From the NCBI GenBank assembly GCA_964016885.1, contig OZ024742.1, forward strand, positions 74,958,001-75,022,000: DNA of 64,000 bases. Reading direction: 5' to 3'. Below the pieces are notes generated by a model that ran no database searches, was not told where the DNA came from, and worked only from the letters and a program-made list of their open reading frames with translations. This document shows positions 1-12,202 of this stretch, in pieces. Origin of the DNA: Eledone cirrhosa. Lineage: Eukaryota. Position numbers and translations under genes: made by a program. Numbering within the stretch: the stretch's first letter is position 1; every line of letters begins with the position of its first letter.

Positions 1-284
1 TTCTGAATCGAAAACGTTACTTGTATATTTCTTTATAAATGTAATATAACAACGTTGCATTTATATGTTAAAGTGTATGTATCGTTCATATATCATAAGT
101 GTATGTATCGTTCATATAAATAGGTGTTTTACAACACACTTACAGTTCAAACACTTATGTAGAATTATTGTATGTAATCTTACCGCGTAATGTAGCTCAA
201 CTTTTTCCAATATATGGTATGTTGCCTTCATGTAAGCCGTAATTACACACGTCCGATTATCGGACACTGACCACAACGGTCGCC

Positions 285-286
<2 letters not shown>
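1..286 (-). mobile_element. 5' UTR end of an R4/Dong-like retrotransposon (family A) continuing off the left edge
   Basis: 1-136 aligns with 20200-20336 (5' UTR of the family A copy) and extends about 150 bp further before an (ATGT)n array. Confidence 0.75.
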
Positions 287-315
<29 letters not shown>

Positions 316-356
316 TGTATGTATGTATGTATGTATGTATGTATGTATGTATGTAT
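287..356. repeat. (ATGT)n microsatellite; further arrays near 965, 1662, 2346, 5934, 6604, 16389, 20337, 20670, 36884, 38016, 38323 and 40892
   Basis: Directly visible. Confidence 0.98.
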
Positions 357-964
357 GTCAGGTCACCAGTTGGTGCTACTGGTAACATGTATCCCAGTAC
401 AACCTGTCTCATGATCGGGTCGTTGGCGACTAAACTGGCAACCCCACCAAGGTTTCTTGATGAGGAGGGTGACTTTGGACATCCTGCAGGACTAAAATCA
501 AAACCTGTCAAAGGGCAAAGGAGCTCTTAAGTGTCAATGGCCATCCAAAATCACCGGGAGAGATGACCCCTTAGCATTTGTCAAGGCAGAATTCTAGGAG
601 AAGGAAAACTCTGATATAACACCTGCAACCTTGATGGTATCCAATGATGTTGACTTGTTCTTCTTTTTGGTAAATATCATCTTGGTTAAGAGAGTGGGAC
701 TGGCTTTGTGCAGTGCCTTTGCTCACTATAAAAGCTTCACGACACAGGCATTGCTTTATATCTGGAGATCTCGCTGCACTTGTCGTCATATAGTACCATG
801 GGCCCAGTACTATGTGTCAATAATTGTCACAAGTGTAGTGTTTGTACCAGAGTTTTCAAGTCGCTGGCTGGGCTAAAAAGTCACACTCGTTCAGCGCATC
901 GGTAGGGGTCCTCCTACATGGATATAAAGTAGTGGCCGTACTCGAAAACGAGTTGGCAGCCACC
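357..964 (+). mobile_element. Non-autonomous RTE-derived element, subfamily 1, full length
   Basis: Near-identical to 1740-2345 and 34680-35287; 822-905 encodes [27 protein letters not shown] (C2H2 typical of RTE C-termini); 3' hairpin CTCG-AAAA-CGAG followed by a microsatellite. Confidence 0.8.
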
Positions 965-1051
965 ATGTATGTATGTATGTATGTATGTATGTATGTATGT
1001 ATGTATGTATGTATGTATGTATGTATGTATTTATGTAGGTATATATGTATG

Positions 1052-1662
1052 TTCTTCCGGTTTTATAATTTCCCAAAGTTTTTCCCAATGGAGAGAGAGT
1101 AGGTTTCTAACATAGTCACAAGACTCTCTCCTTGGAATTGACACAACATCAACTAGGTAGATTATGTCTGCACGTATGCATGCATGTGTAGATATGGATG
1201 TTATTGCATGTGTGGATGTGTATGTTTTGAGTTATATGTGTGCATGTGTATATGCTTTGTATCTGTACATGTGTACATGCAGTTATTAGATGCAAAGGTT
1301 TTGGAATGTTTTACATATTTTTACTGTTCCATTAATAGATTGTACTTGTAATTTCCTAACTAGTTGTGTTCTTTCTGTTCCTGTGAAGCCTAGCTTCTCA
1401 AGATTTGTATTGAGTCAGTTACTAACATACCCCAGTGCCCCAATAATCACAGGCATAAATCTGAAGGTGTAATCAGGTGGAGTATCTGCAGATTTCTCAT
1501 TAGTTCTGTATAAATATTCTCCGTTTCGCTAATCTTAGATATTATATTGGCATCTGCTGGGCAGCTAATTTCCACTACTGTGCATGCTTTCTTCTCCCTG
1601 TCCTATATATCTGGTCTATTATGCCTGCATTTTATTGGGGTTTTTACTGGAACATTCTACCA
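1052..1662 (-). mobile_element. 5'-truncated R4/Dong-like element, family B (RLE C-terminus and 3' UTR)
   Basis: Aligns with 38336-38942; flanked on both sides by (ATGT)n. Confidence 0.85.
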
Positions 1663-1739
1663 TGTATGTATGTATGTATGTATGTATGTATGTATGTATG
1701 TATGTATGTATGTATGTATGTATGTATGTATGTATGTAT

Positions 1740-2345
1740 GTCAGGTCACCACTTGGTGCTACTGGTAACATGTATTGCAGTACAACCTATCCCATGGTCG
1801 GGTTGTTGGCGACTAAACTGGCAACCCCACCAAGGTTTCTTGGTGAGGAGGGTGACTTTGGACATCCTGCAGGACTAAAAACAAAACCTGTCAAAGGGCA
1901 AAGGAGCTCTTAAGAGTCAATGGCCATCCAAAATCACCGGGAGAGATGACCCCTTAGCATTTGTCAAGGCAGAATTCTAGGAGAAGGAAAACTCTGATAT
2001 AACACCTGCAACTCTGATGGTATCCAATGATGTTGACTTGTTCTTCTTTTTGGTAAATATCATCTTGGTTAAGAGAGTGGGACTGGCATTGTGCAGTGCC
2101 TTTGCTCACTATAAAAGCTTCACGGCACAGGCATTGCTTTATATCTGGAGATCTCTCTGCACTTGTCGTCACATGGTACCATGGGCCCAGCACTATGTGT
2201 CAATAATTGTCACAAGTGTAGTGTTTGTACCAGAGTTTTCAAGTCGCTGGCTGGACTAAAGTCACATTCGTTCAGCGCATCGGTAGGAGTTCTCCTACAT
2301 GGATATAAAGCAGTGGCCGTACTCGAAAACGAGTTGGCAGCCACC
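1740..2345 (+). mobile_element. Non-autonomous RTE-derived element, subfamily 1
   Basis: Copy of 357-964 with the same termini (GTCAGGTC...GCAGCCACC). Confidence 0.8.
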
Positions 2346-2368
2346 ATGTATGTATGTATGTATGTATG

Positions 2369-5300
2369 TTTTCTCTTTCTCTTAATTTCGAGTATATTTT
2401 TTTGACCGGCCACCTTCCTGGTGGCAAGGTTGAAAAAGAAAAAAAATTGTCATGCCTTGAATCGCAAGAATGTTTTGCAAATTTTGAAGGTGCCAGCTAT
2501 CGCAGCCATTTGCAGACTATGAATTAGGGAGCTGCGCTTTTTGTCCGCAAATCCAAGTTCAGTCATACTTTGGTCCAAGCGGGTTGGTATATAACCCGTA
2601 GCACCAATAATGATGGGTATGAAGCTAAAGGTGTATCTTGGATACTGGATTTGTAAACTCCTCATCAATGGTCCGTAGATGTCCTCCTTCTCCTGTATTT
2701 TTCTGACAACGTTTACACAAGTGGGCAGCTGATCTCCACAACAGAACACGTTTTCAATGTGTGGTCCCAAACTACAATATCAGGCCGGTTGTGCTTTAAT
2801 TTGGTGGCAGTTTTTATTTTCAGGTTCCACCAGTATTACTTAGTGCCATCTGTCTCAATATATTCTTCCTCGTTTGTTGTTAATTTTGTTTTCCGAAGTG
2901 CGTTCCAGATGGTTCTAGCTATCCCATCGTGTCTCATGGGGAGGTAGTAGCGAGATGACATTCTTTCGCAGCGGGCAACAATGTGGCTTACATCCTCGAT
3001 CTTTGTTTTACATAGCTTACATTTATTGTCAGCTGCTGGCCCTCCTCTTTTGTGCAGCAGATATTTGGTAGGGAGTTCTTGTTCCTGTAATGCATAGAGA
3101 TATCCCTCAAGGTGTGATGTCATAAACTTGTCGGAACTCCATGCCAGGCTTTTTGAGTGGTTTATCCCCTCTATGGTCTGTGATTTACGCCTCAAGTATC
3201 CATGCACAACCTTTTCTGCAAATTGGTCAATTTTCTTATCTTGTTTGAACATTGAATAGGATTTTCCGATTTCTCTGGGTGAGAGATTTATATCAGGCTT
3301 TATTCCATATCTCTCCTCCAGATCAGTCGCTATTCTAATGATATTTCTGTTTTCATGCTCATAAACCTGGGCAAGATGGTTGCCAACCTTTTTCCTCTGT
3401 TGAAGGTGTTGCTTCAGTGTTACTATCCGGGTCTCATATGTTGTTAATATTGATTTTAGACCCCGGCCACCTTCCTTGCGTGAGAAGTATAGCCTATCCA
3501 CATCACCATTGATGTTAAAGTTGCCAGTAACACTGAGAAGTTTTCGAGTTCTAACATCCATCTCACTTAGTTCTTGCAATGACCAGTTCAGTAGGCCAAA
3601 TGTTGGCGTTAGAATTGGCACAGCATAAGTATTGTGGGCAATGTATTTGTTGTATGCTGACAGTTCTGATGACCATATTTTCTTTACTCTTCTGAGGTAT
3701 TCAGTTCTGGTTCTCTCCTTATTTATGGGTCCATCATATCTGACATTCTCATCCTGTCCAAGATATATGTAGTTGTCACCTGACTGCAGAGGTTGTATTG
3801 TCAGGCCGTTAATCTCTAGATTTCTAGTGGAGGGCACAGCTCTTCCACGTTTTACTGCCATATATGCACACTTGGACTCACCAAATTTCATTTTGATGTC
3901 GGTTGAAAATTGTGTAATGAGGTCCAATTGTTTCTTGATGTCATTGATATTTGGCCCATACAACTTCAGGTCATCAACAAAGAAAAGATGGGAGATACTT
4001 CTGGGCCCACTTCTTTGTCCACCTTGTTTCCTGAGTAGGTAAGATAGTGGATTCAGTGAGAGAACGAAGAGTAGCACTGACAAGCTATCACCCTGAAAGA
4101 TGCCCTTCTGGTAATGTATCTTATCAGTCTTAACCTGCTCCTTCTCACCTCTAAGGATCAAACTGGTGTACCAGTTCTTGGTCAGGCGTTCAACAGCAGC
4201 TACCAATGGTTGTGGGACTTTAGCTAACTGTAAAGCCTTAACAATCCACCCATGAGGTACACTATCAAATGCTTTTTGATAGTCCAGCCACACGACAGTC
4301 ATGTTTCTGCGATTCTTTGTTGTTTTTTCCTGAATCATTTTGTTAGTTAGTAGGTGATCTATGCAACCCCACACCTCCCTCTTTCCACCAGCTTGCTCAG
4401 GTGTTATGATGTTGGTAGCACAGTGATCCTGTAAGAACAGGTTAAGGCACCCAGTATATAATTTATACATGATGTTTTGGCAGGCAATTGGGCGGTAATT
4501 TTTAGCAAGGGTGGTTTGGCTATTTTGGGGAATGAGGAGAGTAGTGGCAGTTGATAACCATCTGGGCAGTTCTTGTGTGCCCTTAATGGTTTCTGTAAAC
4601 AGCCGTATGAGATCTTGCCGATAGAAAGTGAAATTCTTCAACCAGTATCCTGTAATGAGGTCTGGGCCTGGCGATTTCCTATTCGACATTTTCTGTAGAG
4701 CTGTTTTCAGTATTGACCCATCTATGTCATATTGTTTTGTCTGGACATGTTGGCAGTAGTCCTGTTCCAGTTGTTTTAGCCAATTAGTTTGTCTGTTGAA
4801 TCCGTCATCCGTTTCCCATACAGATCTCCAGTAGCTCTCAACCTGTTCTTTTGAAGGGGTGTCGTTTACAGGGATTGAGCTTTTGCCACCGAAGCTGCTA
4901 TAAACTGATTTAGGATCTCTGGCAAACAATCTATTTAGCACTTGTCGTTTATGTGCTGTTGACTTATATTTTAGTCTTTCTGTTGTAGCTGTGAGTTGCT
5001 GTTTCAACTGGTGTAATTTGGAGTTCAAAGTTTTAAATTTTGTATCTCCAAATCGTCTCTCTAACTTTTTCTTTAGGTCTTCCTGGTGTCGTGTGAAGTT
5101 GCTCTCTATGATGCATTTCATAACGACTGCGATGTGTGAGATACTTCGTCTCAGGGACAAAATTTTGGTTTTTAAATTACGCATCCACGCTGGTTCAGGC
5201 TTTCCGTTTGTATCTTGATTGCGTGGTTTTAGATGTATGTTATATGATAGCAATGTGACAGCTGAAACATATAACAAAACATTAAGCGTTTCAAATGTCG

Positions 5301-5933
5301 TTTCTACACCTTTAGATCGTATAGCCTTCAGATAACTGCCAGCTATTTCGTTCACCGCTTCCAATTCCAATTTAGTGGGTTCTTTACTGATTCTGGTGTT
5401 GTATGGTCTGTCACTCACAGTAAGGCTGTGTATCTCTTGAAACATATCGTTCCATATCACTTGTAGGGTGTCCACAAGTTTTTGGTGCTCTGTTTGTTCA
5501 GTAGAGTCATGAATTTCAGACTCGTTGTTGATGTGGTGACAATTACTACTAGAGTCAGCTGACCTTTCTCGCTGTTCTTCAGTGGAAGTGGGATGGATTT
5601 CAGCAAAATTGTTGATGAGCTGTTCACTGTTAGATTTAGCTGGCCATTCTCTTTGTCTGTCAGTGGAGGTGGGGTGGTTGTCTACAAGGGCTGTATTTGT
5701 AGTATCACTCAATTCCGTTAGATGTATCAATTTACATCTAATGATACGTTTTGCCTGTTCATTTAAATGCTTTGGAGAAAAGTCTAATTCTGGGTGTTTG
5801 GAGTTCCATAAAGTTTTTAGCCTTTGCATAAAACCGAACTTTTGGGGTTCAGATTGTTTGTATGCTTCATATAATACTTTGTTAAGCTCGTAGCTCCACT
5901 GTATACAGCGGTTGTAGTTGCGATTTGGTCGAA
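2369..5933 (-). mobile_element. R4/Dong-like RLE non-LTR retrotransposon, family A copy 1 (slightly 5'-truncated, disrupted)
   Basis: RT motifs KSPGPD, YRPIAC, LDYQKAFDSV, GIFQGDSLS, FFVDD; CCHC knuckle CKLC..H..C; RHD; premature stop at 2836 and a frameshift near 2718; (ATGT)n at both ends. Confidence 0.92.
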
Positions 5934-6065
5934 TGTATGTATGTATGTATGTATGTATGTATGTATGTATGTATGTATGTATGTATGTATGTATGTATGT
6001 ATGTATGTATGTATGTATTATGTATGTATGTATGTATGTATGTATGTATGTATGTATGTATGTAT

Positions 6066-6602
6066 GTCGAGTCACTCTTGTGTGCTACCGGTATTATGTA
6101 ACCCAGTACAACCTGTCGCATGGTCGGGTCGTCGGCGACTAACCGGCCACTCCACCAAGTTTACTCCTTGGTGAGGAGGGTGATTTTGGACACCCTGCAG
6201 GACAAAAAACAAAACCTGACAAAGGGCGGAAAAACTCATAAGAGTCAACGGCCATCCAAAAGTGTGTAAATGTGTATATACACATGTACCGCACAGTTAA
6301 ACCACTGGGAATGAACGACCCCTAGCCTTTGTCAGGGCATTCTTCTAGGAGGAGGCAACTCAGGAAACTGGGATAACTCCGATATAAAACCTGCGGCTCA
6401 GTAGTTACCGATGATGTTGATATTTTCTTCATTTCAGGTTATAGCTACTGTCGCAGAGAGAGTGGGATTGGCTCAGTGCACAGCCTTCCCTCACTTTAAA
6501 AAATATCTTCACGCACAGGCATTGGACGATGGAATTAATTAATAACTATTAATAATGGTATATCATGCAATGTCCATACTCGATAACGAGAGGGCAGCCA
6601 TC
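6066..6602 (+). mobile_element. Non-autonomous RTE-derived element, subfamily 2
   Basis: 5' ~450 bp is a diverged homolog of 357-750; 3' hairpin CTCG-ATAA-CGAG and GGCAGCCATC end; ATGT flanks; no C2H2 segment. Confidence 0.75.
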
Positions 6603-6787
6603 ATGAATGTATGTATGTATATCCATATAAAGAAATTCGTTTTCAAATATAAAAACTGGAAAGGTGTAGGTGAAAACGTTATATCAGCTCAAAATACTAT
6701 AATTTATTAGAATACACACGGCTACATAAAGCATTAACAAAAAAATTATATGAATTCCTACTATGTTAGATTATTTACACGTCGATT

Positions 6788-6860
6788 CGTTGGCGTAATC
6801 TTAGGATACTCGTCCGGCAAACGAGAGGTGTGGGTTTGATCCCATGTGTGCTGATGCCCA
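6788..6860 (+). pseudogene. tRNA-like remnant or SINE head
   Basis: A-box-like TGGCGTAATCTTAGG, stem CTCGT/ACGAG with a 7-nt loop, B-box-like GGTTTGATCCC; no convincing acceptor stem. Confidence 0.35.
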
Positions 6861-6963
6861 TTTTTCCACCTCATTATTAGAGTAAATTAAAGTCAAAAAT
6901 ATTCCGGAGAAGCTTCTATTTCAATTCTAAACTTTCCTATATATATATGTTTGTTCTCCAGCC

Positions 6964-7200
6964 TTCTTCTTCTTCTTCTTCTTCTTCTTCTTCTTCTTCT
7001 TCTTCTTCTTCTTCTTCTTCTTCTTCTTCTTCTTCTTCTTCTTCTTCTTCTTCTTCTTCTTCTTCTAGGGAGGGTCATGGGGGAAGAGTCCTCAAACACT
7101 CCTTCCAGTGGGCCCTGTTAGAAGTAATTGATCCGACTGGACCCCCAAGTGAGACCAGCTGAGCTCAGGCATGTTATCCAATCATCTAGTTCGCCGTCTT
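6964..7200 (-). mobile_element. Probable RTE LINE 3' end with a (GAA)n tail
   Basis: Minus strand reads NRAHWKECLRTLPP* and then runs into a long (GAA)n array (6964-7067). Confidence 0.5.
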
Positions 7201-7601
7201 CTGCCGGTTGGTTTTGTCCGTAAATTCTGGATTATAAAGAGTGGAGGAACTACATCTTGCTTCTATATTTTGTGACTCGGTGTGAGAGCGCCTATATGTA
7301 TACATGAGAGAAGTACTATTTACAAGCTCATAACACGTCTTCCAATCTCTTGTAATCCTTTCTTTTGCTTACTTTTTTATTTTTATTTTCAATCTCTTTT
7401 TCATTCTTCTTGCTAGACAAATCTTTGATTTGGGTTCTTCTATAGGGCGTCCACATGCATTTCTATCGCTGTAGCCATTCTGTTTTTACGTGTGCATGTG
7501 TTCGTGTCTATGTGTCTGCTGGTCTATGTGTAGGTAAGAGGGAAGCTCTTATCCTGTCTGTCTGTATTTATTTCTTCATTCTAGACAGACCTAATGTTTG
7601 A

Positions 7602-7602
<1 letters not shown>

Positions 7603-7692
<90 letters not shown>
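7603..7692. repeat. (TG)n microsatellite
   Basis: Directly visible. Confidence 0.97.
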
Positions 7693-7693
<1 letters not shown>

Positions 7694-7746
7694 ATGCGAG
7701 TTCTTGCTAGCATTTTTATCCCTTATACTTTCTTTCTTCTTTTCAG

Positions 7747-9253
7747 GAAAGCGGTGTATGATGGTAGCGTGAAGTTTGCAAAAGCCCTTGTGAAGTTCGG
7801 AATTAAAAAAAGAGATTACGTGGCTGTTTCTGTAGGTAACTGCGTAGACTTGATGATTTATAATGCTGGAGTTATCATGGCCGGAGCAATTTCAGTTAGT
7901 GTGGCAGTAAACTCACTGGACATTGGCGTTCTTATACAAGGATGCAAAGCTGTGATATTCGATTCGAAAGAAGCATTAGAAACATTGTTTAAAATTGCTC
8001 AAATTTCCGACAATAGTAAAATTGTAAGTGAAATATTCCCAGAATTGAGATTAGTTATTTCAATCTCCAACACATATTGTCCACCTAACGTTTTATCTGC
8101 TACAAAACTTATGACGGATATCAATGACAGTGAGGAAATAGCTCTACCTTATTTGGATCCGGAAGACATCGTTATTATCAGTAAAACCTCTGGTACTACT
8201 GGCCAACCAAAAGATGTCTATCACTCTCATTTTAGTTGGTTGAATTGTGCACGTGAAATGATGCATCTCTGTAACATAACCTCAGATGACGTAACATACA
8301 GCAGTCGTCCTATGTTATATATCGGTGGCTATCCATTCGGTCTGATGACGGTAGGAACCACTCATGTAACAGGAAATGTTAAACTACTAAACGACAATAA
8401 TAACCTAAAATTTATTCAAAGTATATGGGAAAAGGAACGGTGTAATATACTCTGGCTTCTTCCACAACATCTAAAATTATTCAGAAATTGTGGGTATCTC
8501 TCTAAAGTAACTATTTCTGGTGGAGATATGCTTACAAATGAATTAGTAGAGAATTCCTTATCTTTTAGTCAAACGGTAGCCGTCGTCTACGGCAGTAGTG
8601 AAGCTACATTTGTAGGTATACGGTTATTTTCAAAAGAAAACATTTCTGAACACATTCCAAAAATGATTGGTAAACCCATGCCCGATACAGAAGTAAAAAT
8701 TGTAGACGATAACGTAAAAACACTTAATATAGGAGAGGTTGGCAATATATATATTCGAAATAAATGGACAAGTAAAGGAAATGTGGCTGGTGCTTCACTA
8801 ATTAAAAATGGTTGGCAGCCAATGTCAGATATAGGTTACATGACACAAGAGGGGGATATTTTCATGATAGGAAGAGATAAGGATTTTATCAAGAAGTATA
8901 CAGTGAAACTATCTATCAAAGCAATTGAAGAATATGTCAGTTACTTTCCTGGTGTACTTTCTGTGGTCGTCGTTCCAATACCTGACGAGGAAGTTGGTGA
9001 ACGTGTGTGCGCCTGTGTTACTATTGAATCGAATCACGAATTCAATGAAGAAGGATTCAAACAGTTAAGCTTGGAAAGAATGCGAGGGGAAGACAATATT
9101 GATATCGTATCGATGATCCCGGATTATTTCTTGCAGTTTATACATTTCCCCTTATTAGCCAGTCAGAAATTTGATAGAACAACAATCAAATCATCGGCAA
9201 TTGCTCAGATCGTGCAATTGAATAAAGATAGAAAAATTACAAACATAAAGTAA
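7747..9253 (+). CDS. ANL-superfamily acyl-CoA synthetase-like (ACSF2-like) protein, large terminal exon; first exon probably upstream of the window
   Basis: TSGTTGQPK P-loop, YGSSE, SD..GR, C-terminal Lys; pyrimidine tract and TTTCAG acceptor ending at 7746, same position and phase as in the paralog. Confidence 0.9.
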
Positions 9254-9608
9254 ATTAGAACTTTCTTCACAATTGAATTAAGAGTAAAATTTATTCGGTT
9301 CTTAAGGTCAATAATTAGCGAATATCAATACACCGAATTGATGGAACTAGGAACAGGGAATATATTTTAATTGTAGAAATTCACCAGTTAACCTAAATTT
9401 CTGATACTAATTCATTCACAATCTAAAATAAAATTGTCTTGAAAACCAGACAGGGATATTTTCACGTATTTTAATTGCTTTTTAATGAATGTCATTCAGT
9501 TTCTACAAATCCCATGTTTTATAGTTGATATATTAAAGTATTAACTTTGAAGAAAGTAACTTTTCACTATATTTCGATTTATAATGTAAATCAAAATATT
9601 TGATGCCA

Positions 9609-9880
9609 GCGGTGAATTGGCAGAATCGTTAGAGAGTCTGACGCCATGCTTTGTGGCATAGAGTTATGGCCCTTTACGTTCTGAGTTCAAATCTCGCCGA
9701 GGTTAACTTTGCCTTTCATCCTTACGGGTGAATTACCCAAATGCATTACTGGTGCTTTATTTTATCAACCCCGTAAGGATGAAACGCAAAGTTAACCTCG
9801 GCGGGATTTGAACTCAGAACGTAAAGGGCCATAACTCTATGCTGTAAAGTATGGTGTCTGACATTCTACCGAGACTGACA
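9609..9880. mobile_element. Inverted fused pair of tRNA-derived SINEs
   Basis: 9609-9729 is a + strand head and core; 9732-9880 is a minus-strand copy. Confidence 0.8.
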
Positions 9881-10282
9881 ATGATGTCTGGAATAGTCTC
9901 ACGTCGACAAATTTAAAGGTGAATTTAATCGATTAAACCGATCTCAGTATTTGGTTAGTACTTATTTTATCGACTCTGTCAGAATAAAAAGCAGGGTTGT
10001 CCTTGATGAGATTGAAACTAAAGATAAAGGTACGTAACCAAATAATTAAAAACATTTCACCGGCAATCAAATGATTATGCTATTAACTGCTCTCGAGCTT
10101 TACTATAACGAATATTTCTAATATTTACTCTAATGAATATTTCTAACATTAACACTTGTGACACAATTTTGCAGGGAGATTATAGATGATTAAACCTAGT
10201 CCAGTATTTGATTTGTAAATATTTTATAAACTCCAGAATGAGTATTTGAGGTACAGTATTATATAATTTTCATACCTATATA

Positions 10283-10418
10283 ATAATGTTCTACTTTTTG
10301 GCACAAGGCCAGCAATTACCAGTGCATTACTGGTACTTTATTTTAACTCAGAATGGCAAGGGCCGTAACTCTATGTGTCAAAGCATAGCGTCCGACCATC
10401 TACTGATATTGCCAATCC
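10283..10418 (-). mobile_element. tRNA-derived SINE, internally deleted
   Basis: Matches the family tail GTTTCTACTTTTGGCACAAGGCCAGCAATTACC and the head. Confidence 0.75.
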
Positions 10419-10769
10419 AAATAATGATCGTTTGTAAATCCCTATTTAATCACTAGAAAACATGCCCGCAAAAAGACCCCCAACAAAAATATAAAAAAAC
10501 GTATTTCTAAATTTAGTCTTACGTCCCAAAAATTTGAGTGAGTGTGAGTCCAATTAATTGATTCCCATACTGTAAAATCTCACAATTTCATGAGAGGCCA
10601 TTGACACTATAAAAATAATTGAACAGTATCTAATAAAAAGAAAACACTACTAAAAGAAACAGAAAAAGAAGATGAAGAGAAAATGAAAGGTAAAAAGGAA
10701 AGAAGGATCAAGCAGTGATACAAAGGGGGAGGGGGAACAATCATTAAACCCCACTCTGAGCGGTGCATT

Positions 10770-11000
10770 AGCCATGCCCCGCAGATAAATCGGCAAAAGC
10801 ATTACTGCGGAGAATGGCCTGAGACACCTGCTGCAGCTGCCGCCCCAACTCGCAGGCTACCAACTATCAGATTTTATGGAGGAAATCAGCAGTTCGGGGA
10901 CCAAGGACGCTAGAGGTCTCCACGGAGATCGGTGCAACGAGAAAGCAGTCGGCCAGGCCATGGTATTTGACTATTTTCCTCACCTCTGTGGTAATGCGGG
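10770..11000 (-). mobile_element. CRE-like RLE retrotransposon 3' fragment
   Basis: KYHGL..PISVETSSVLGP..FL followed by SQAILRSNA, resembling the CRE C-terminal ETxG..GP and QRGNA motifs. Confidence 0.65.
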
Positions 11001-11254
11001 GACCAAGGGCGCCAGAGATCTCGACTAAGACCGATACAAACACGAAGCGGTCGGTCAAGCACCAGTATTTAATATTTATCAAACAAAATAAAAAGTGATA
11101 CTACAACCCACATTTTAACGTTCAATACACGACAATGTTATAGCTTCGGAAGGAAAACATGACATTTTTTAAGGCACCTATAAATGATGGGATGAATGAG
11201 TGGAAGTGACCTTAACTAATAGATTATGTTCGGACTGGAGGCCTGATCCGAATA

Positions 11255-11544
11255 CAGTGGAACCTCGGTTCACGAGCAATTTTTCCGAACATAAAACATC
11301 TCGGCTCACGTTGGTGTCTCGAGTAACGAACATGCAAGCCCGCAACAATGGTTGGCTTTGAGTAGCGGCGGGAAAGCATCACTTGCTGTGTAGTGAGTTA
11401 CTATGATGAAATCTATCTGTCTCTCTCGCACAGTATTTCTCTCTCTCAACATTTCGTATGGGAAAAATAGTTTCGGCTTACGAACATTTCGGGTGATGAA
11501 CGGCTTTCAGAAACGAATTAAGTTCGTGAGCCGAGGTTCCATTG
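11255..11544. mobile_element. Tc1/mariner (pogo/Tigger-like) MITE
   Basis: TIRs CAGTGGAACCTCGGTTCACGA and TCGTGAGCCGAGGTTCCATTG; TA on both flanks. Confidence 0.85.
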
Positions 11545-12104
11545 TACTTGCAACTATGTGGCCTCCACTAAAGAACTTAATGACCAGATGGTGCTGTTAA
11601 AACATTCGATGAACTTTAACAGTTTCTGTATCATTCACAAAGCTTGGATCAATCCGAGTCAAGGGTCAGAGGAGAGTTGGCAAAAGTACACGAAACTAGG
11701 TGAAACAATGCTGTTATTAATAAGAGGGGTTGAAATTAATGCATGTAAGATTTCACAGCTTTAGCATCACTCCTACATAGTCAGCCAAAGAACATTTCAG
11801 CCGACCTTTGTATTCTCAAATAGAATGATGGTTGGTGGCAATGAGGGAGTCTTTATGTGGCCGTTCGACGTCCGAGAAAAAGCAGCCAAAACTGCATGAA
11901 TTAGGCATGATAAAACATAGCCATAGGTATCCCTAAAAATACAGTCTGATTATATTTGGAATACCTTTGATCTTTGGTCTAATCCAGCAGGACTGACTTG
12001 GGGGTTAAACAACAAAACAACAGCAGTAGTATATTCATAGTATATTCAAACAAGAAGATCAAACCAAATAGTTTTCCTGTTACAAATAAGGTTTTCTTCT
12101 AAAT

Positions 12105-12109
<5 letters not shown>

Positions 12110-12200
<91 letters not shown>
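12110..12200. repeat. (CA)n microsatellite
   Basis: Directly visible. Confidence 0.97.

Positions 12201-12202
<2 letters not shown>

Noticed and set aside
375-405. Twister-like GCTACYGGT...AACCCAG with downstream GAGGAGGG
   Set aside because: Loop length and T1 pairing do not fit the twister consensus
257-2413. Short ORFs with MYVC/YIHT repeats, and IYIY, CVCV, SLSL, poly-R or poly-S ORFs elsewhere
   Set aside because: Translations of microsatellites, not genes
5934-6075. N-terminal extension of the 1079-aa ORF
   Set aside because: Read-through of (TACA)n; the true start is MAKSTSLL as in copy 2
7598-7746. N-terminus of the 551-aa ORF (and 46814-46854 of the 508-aa ORF)
   Set aside because: Intronic sequence upstream of splice acceptors
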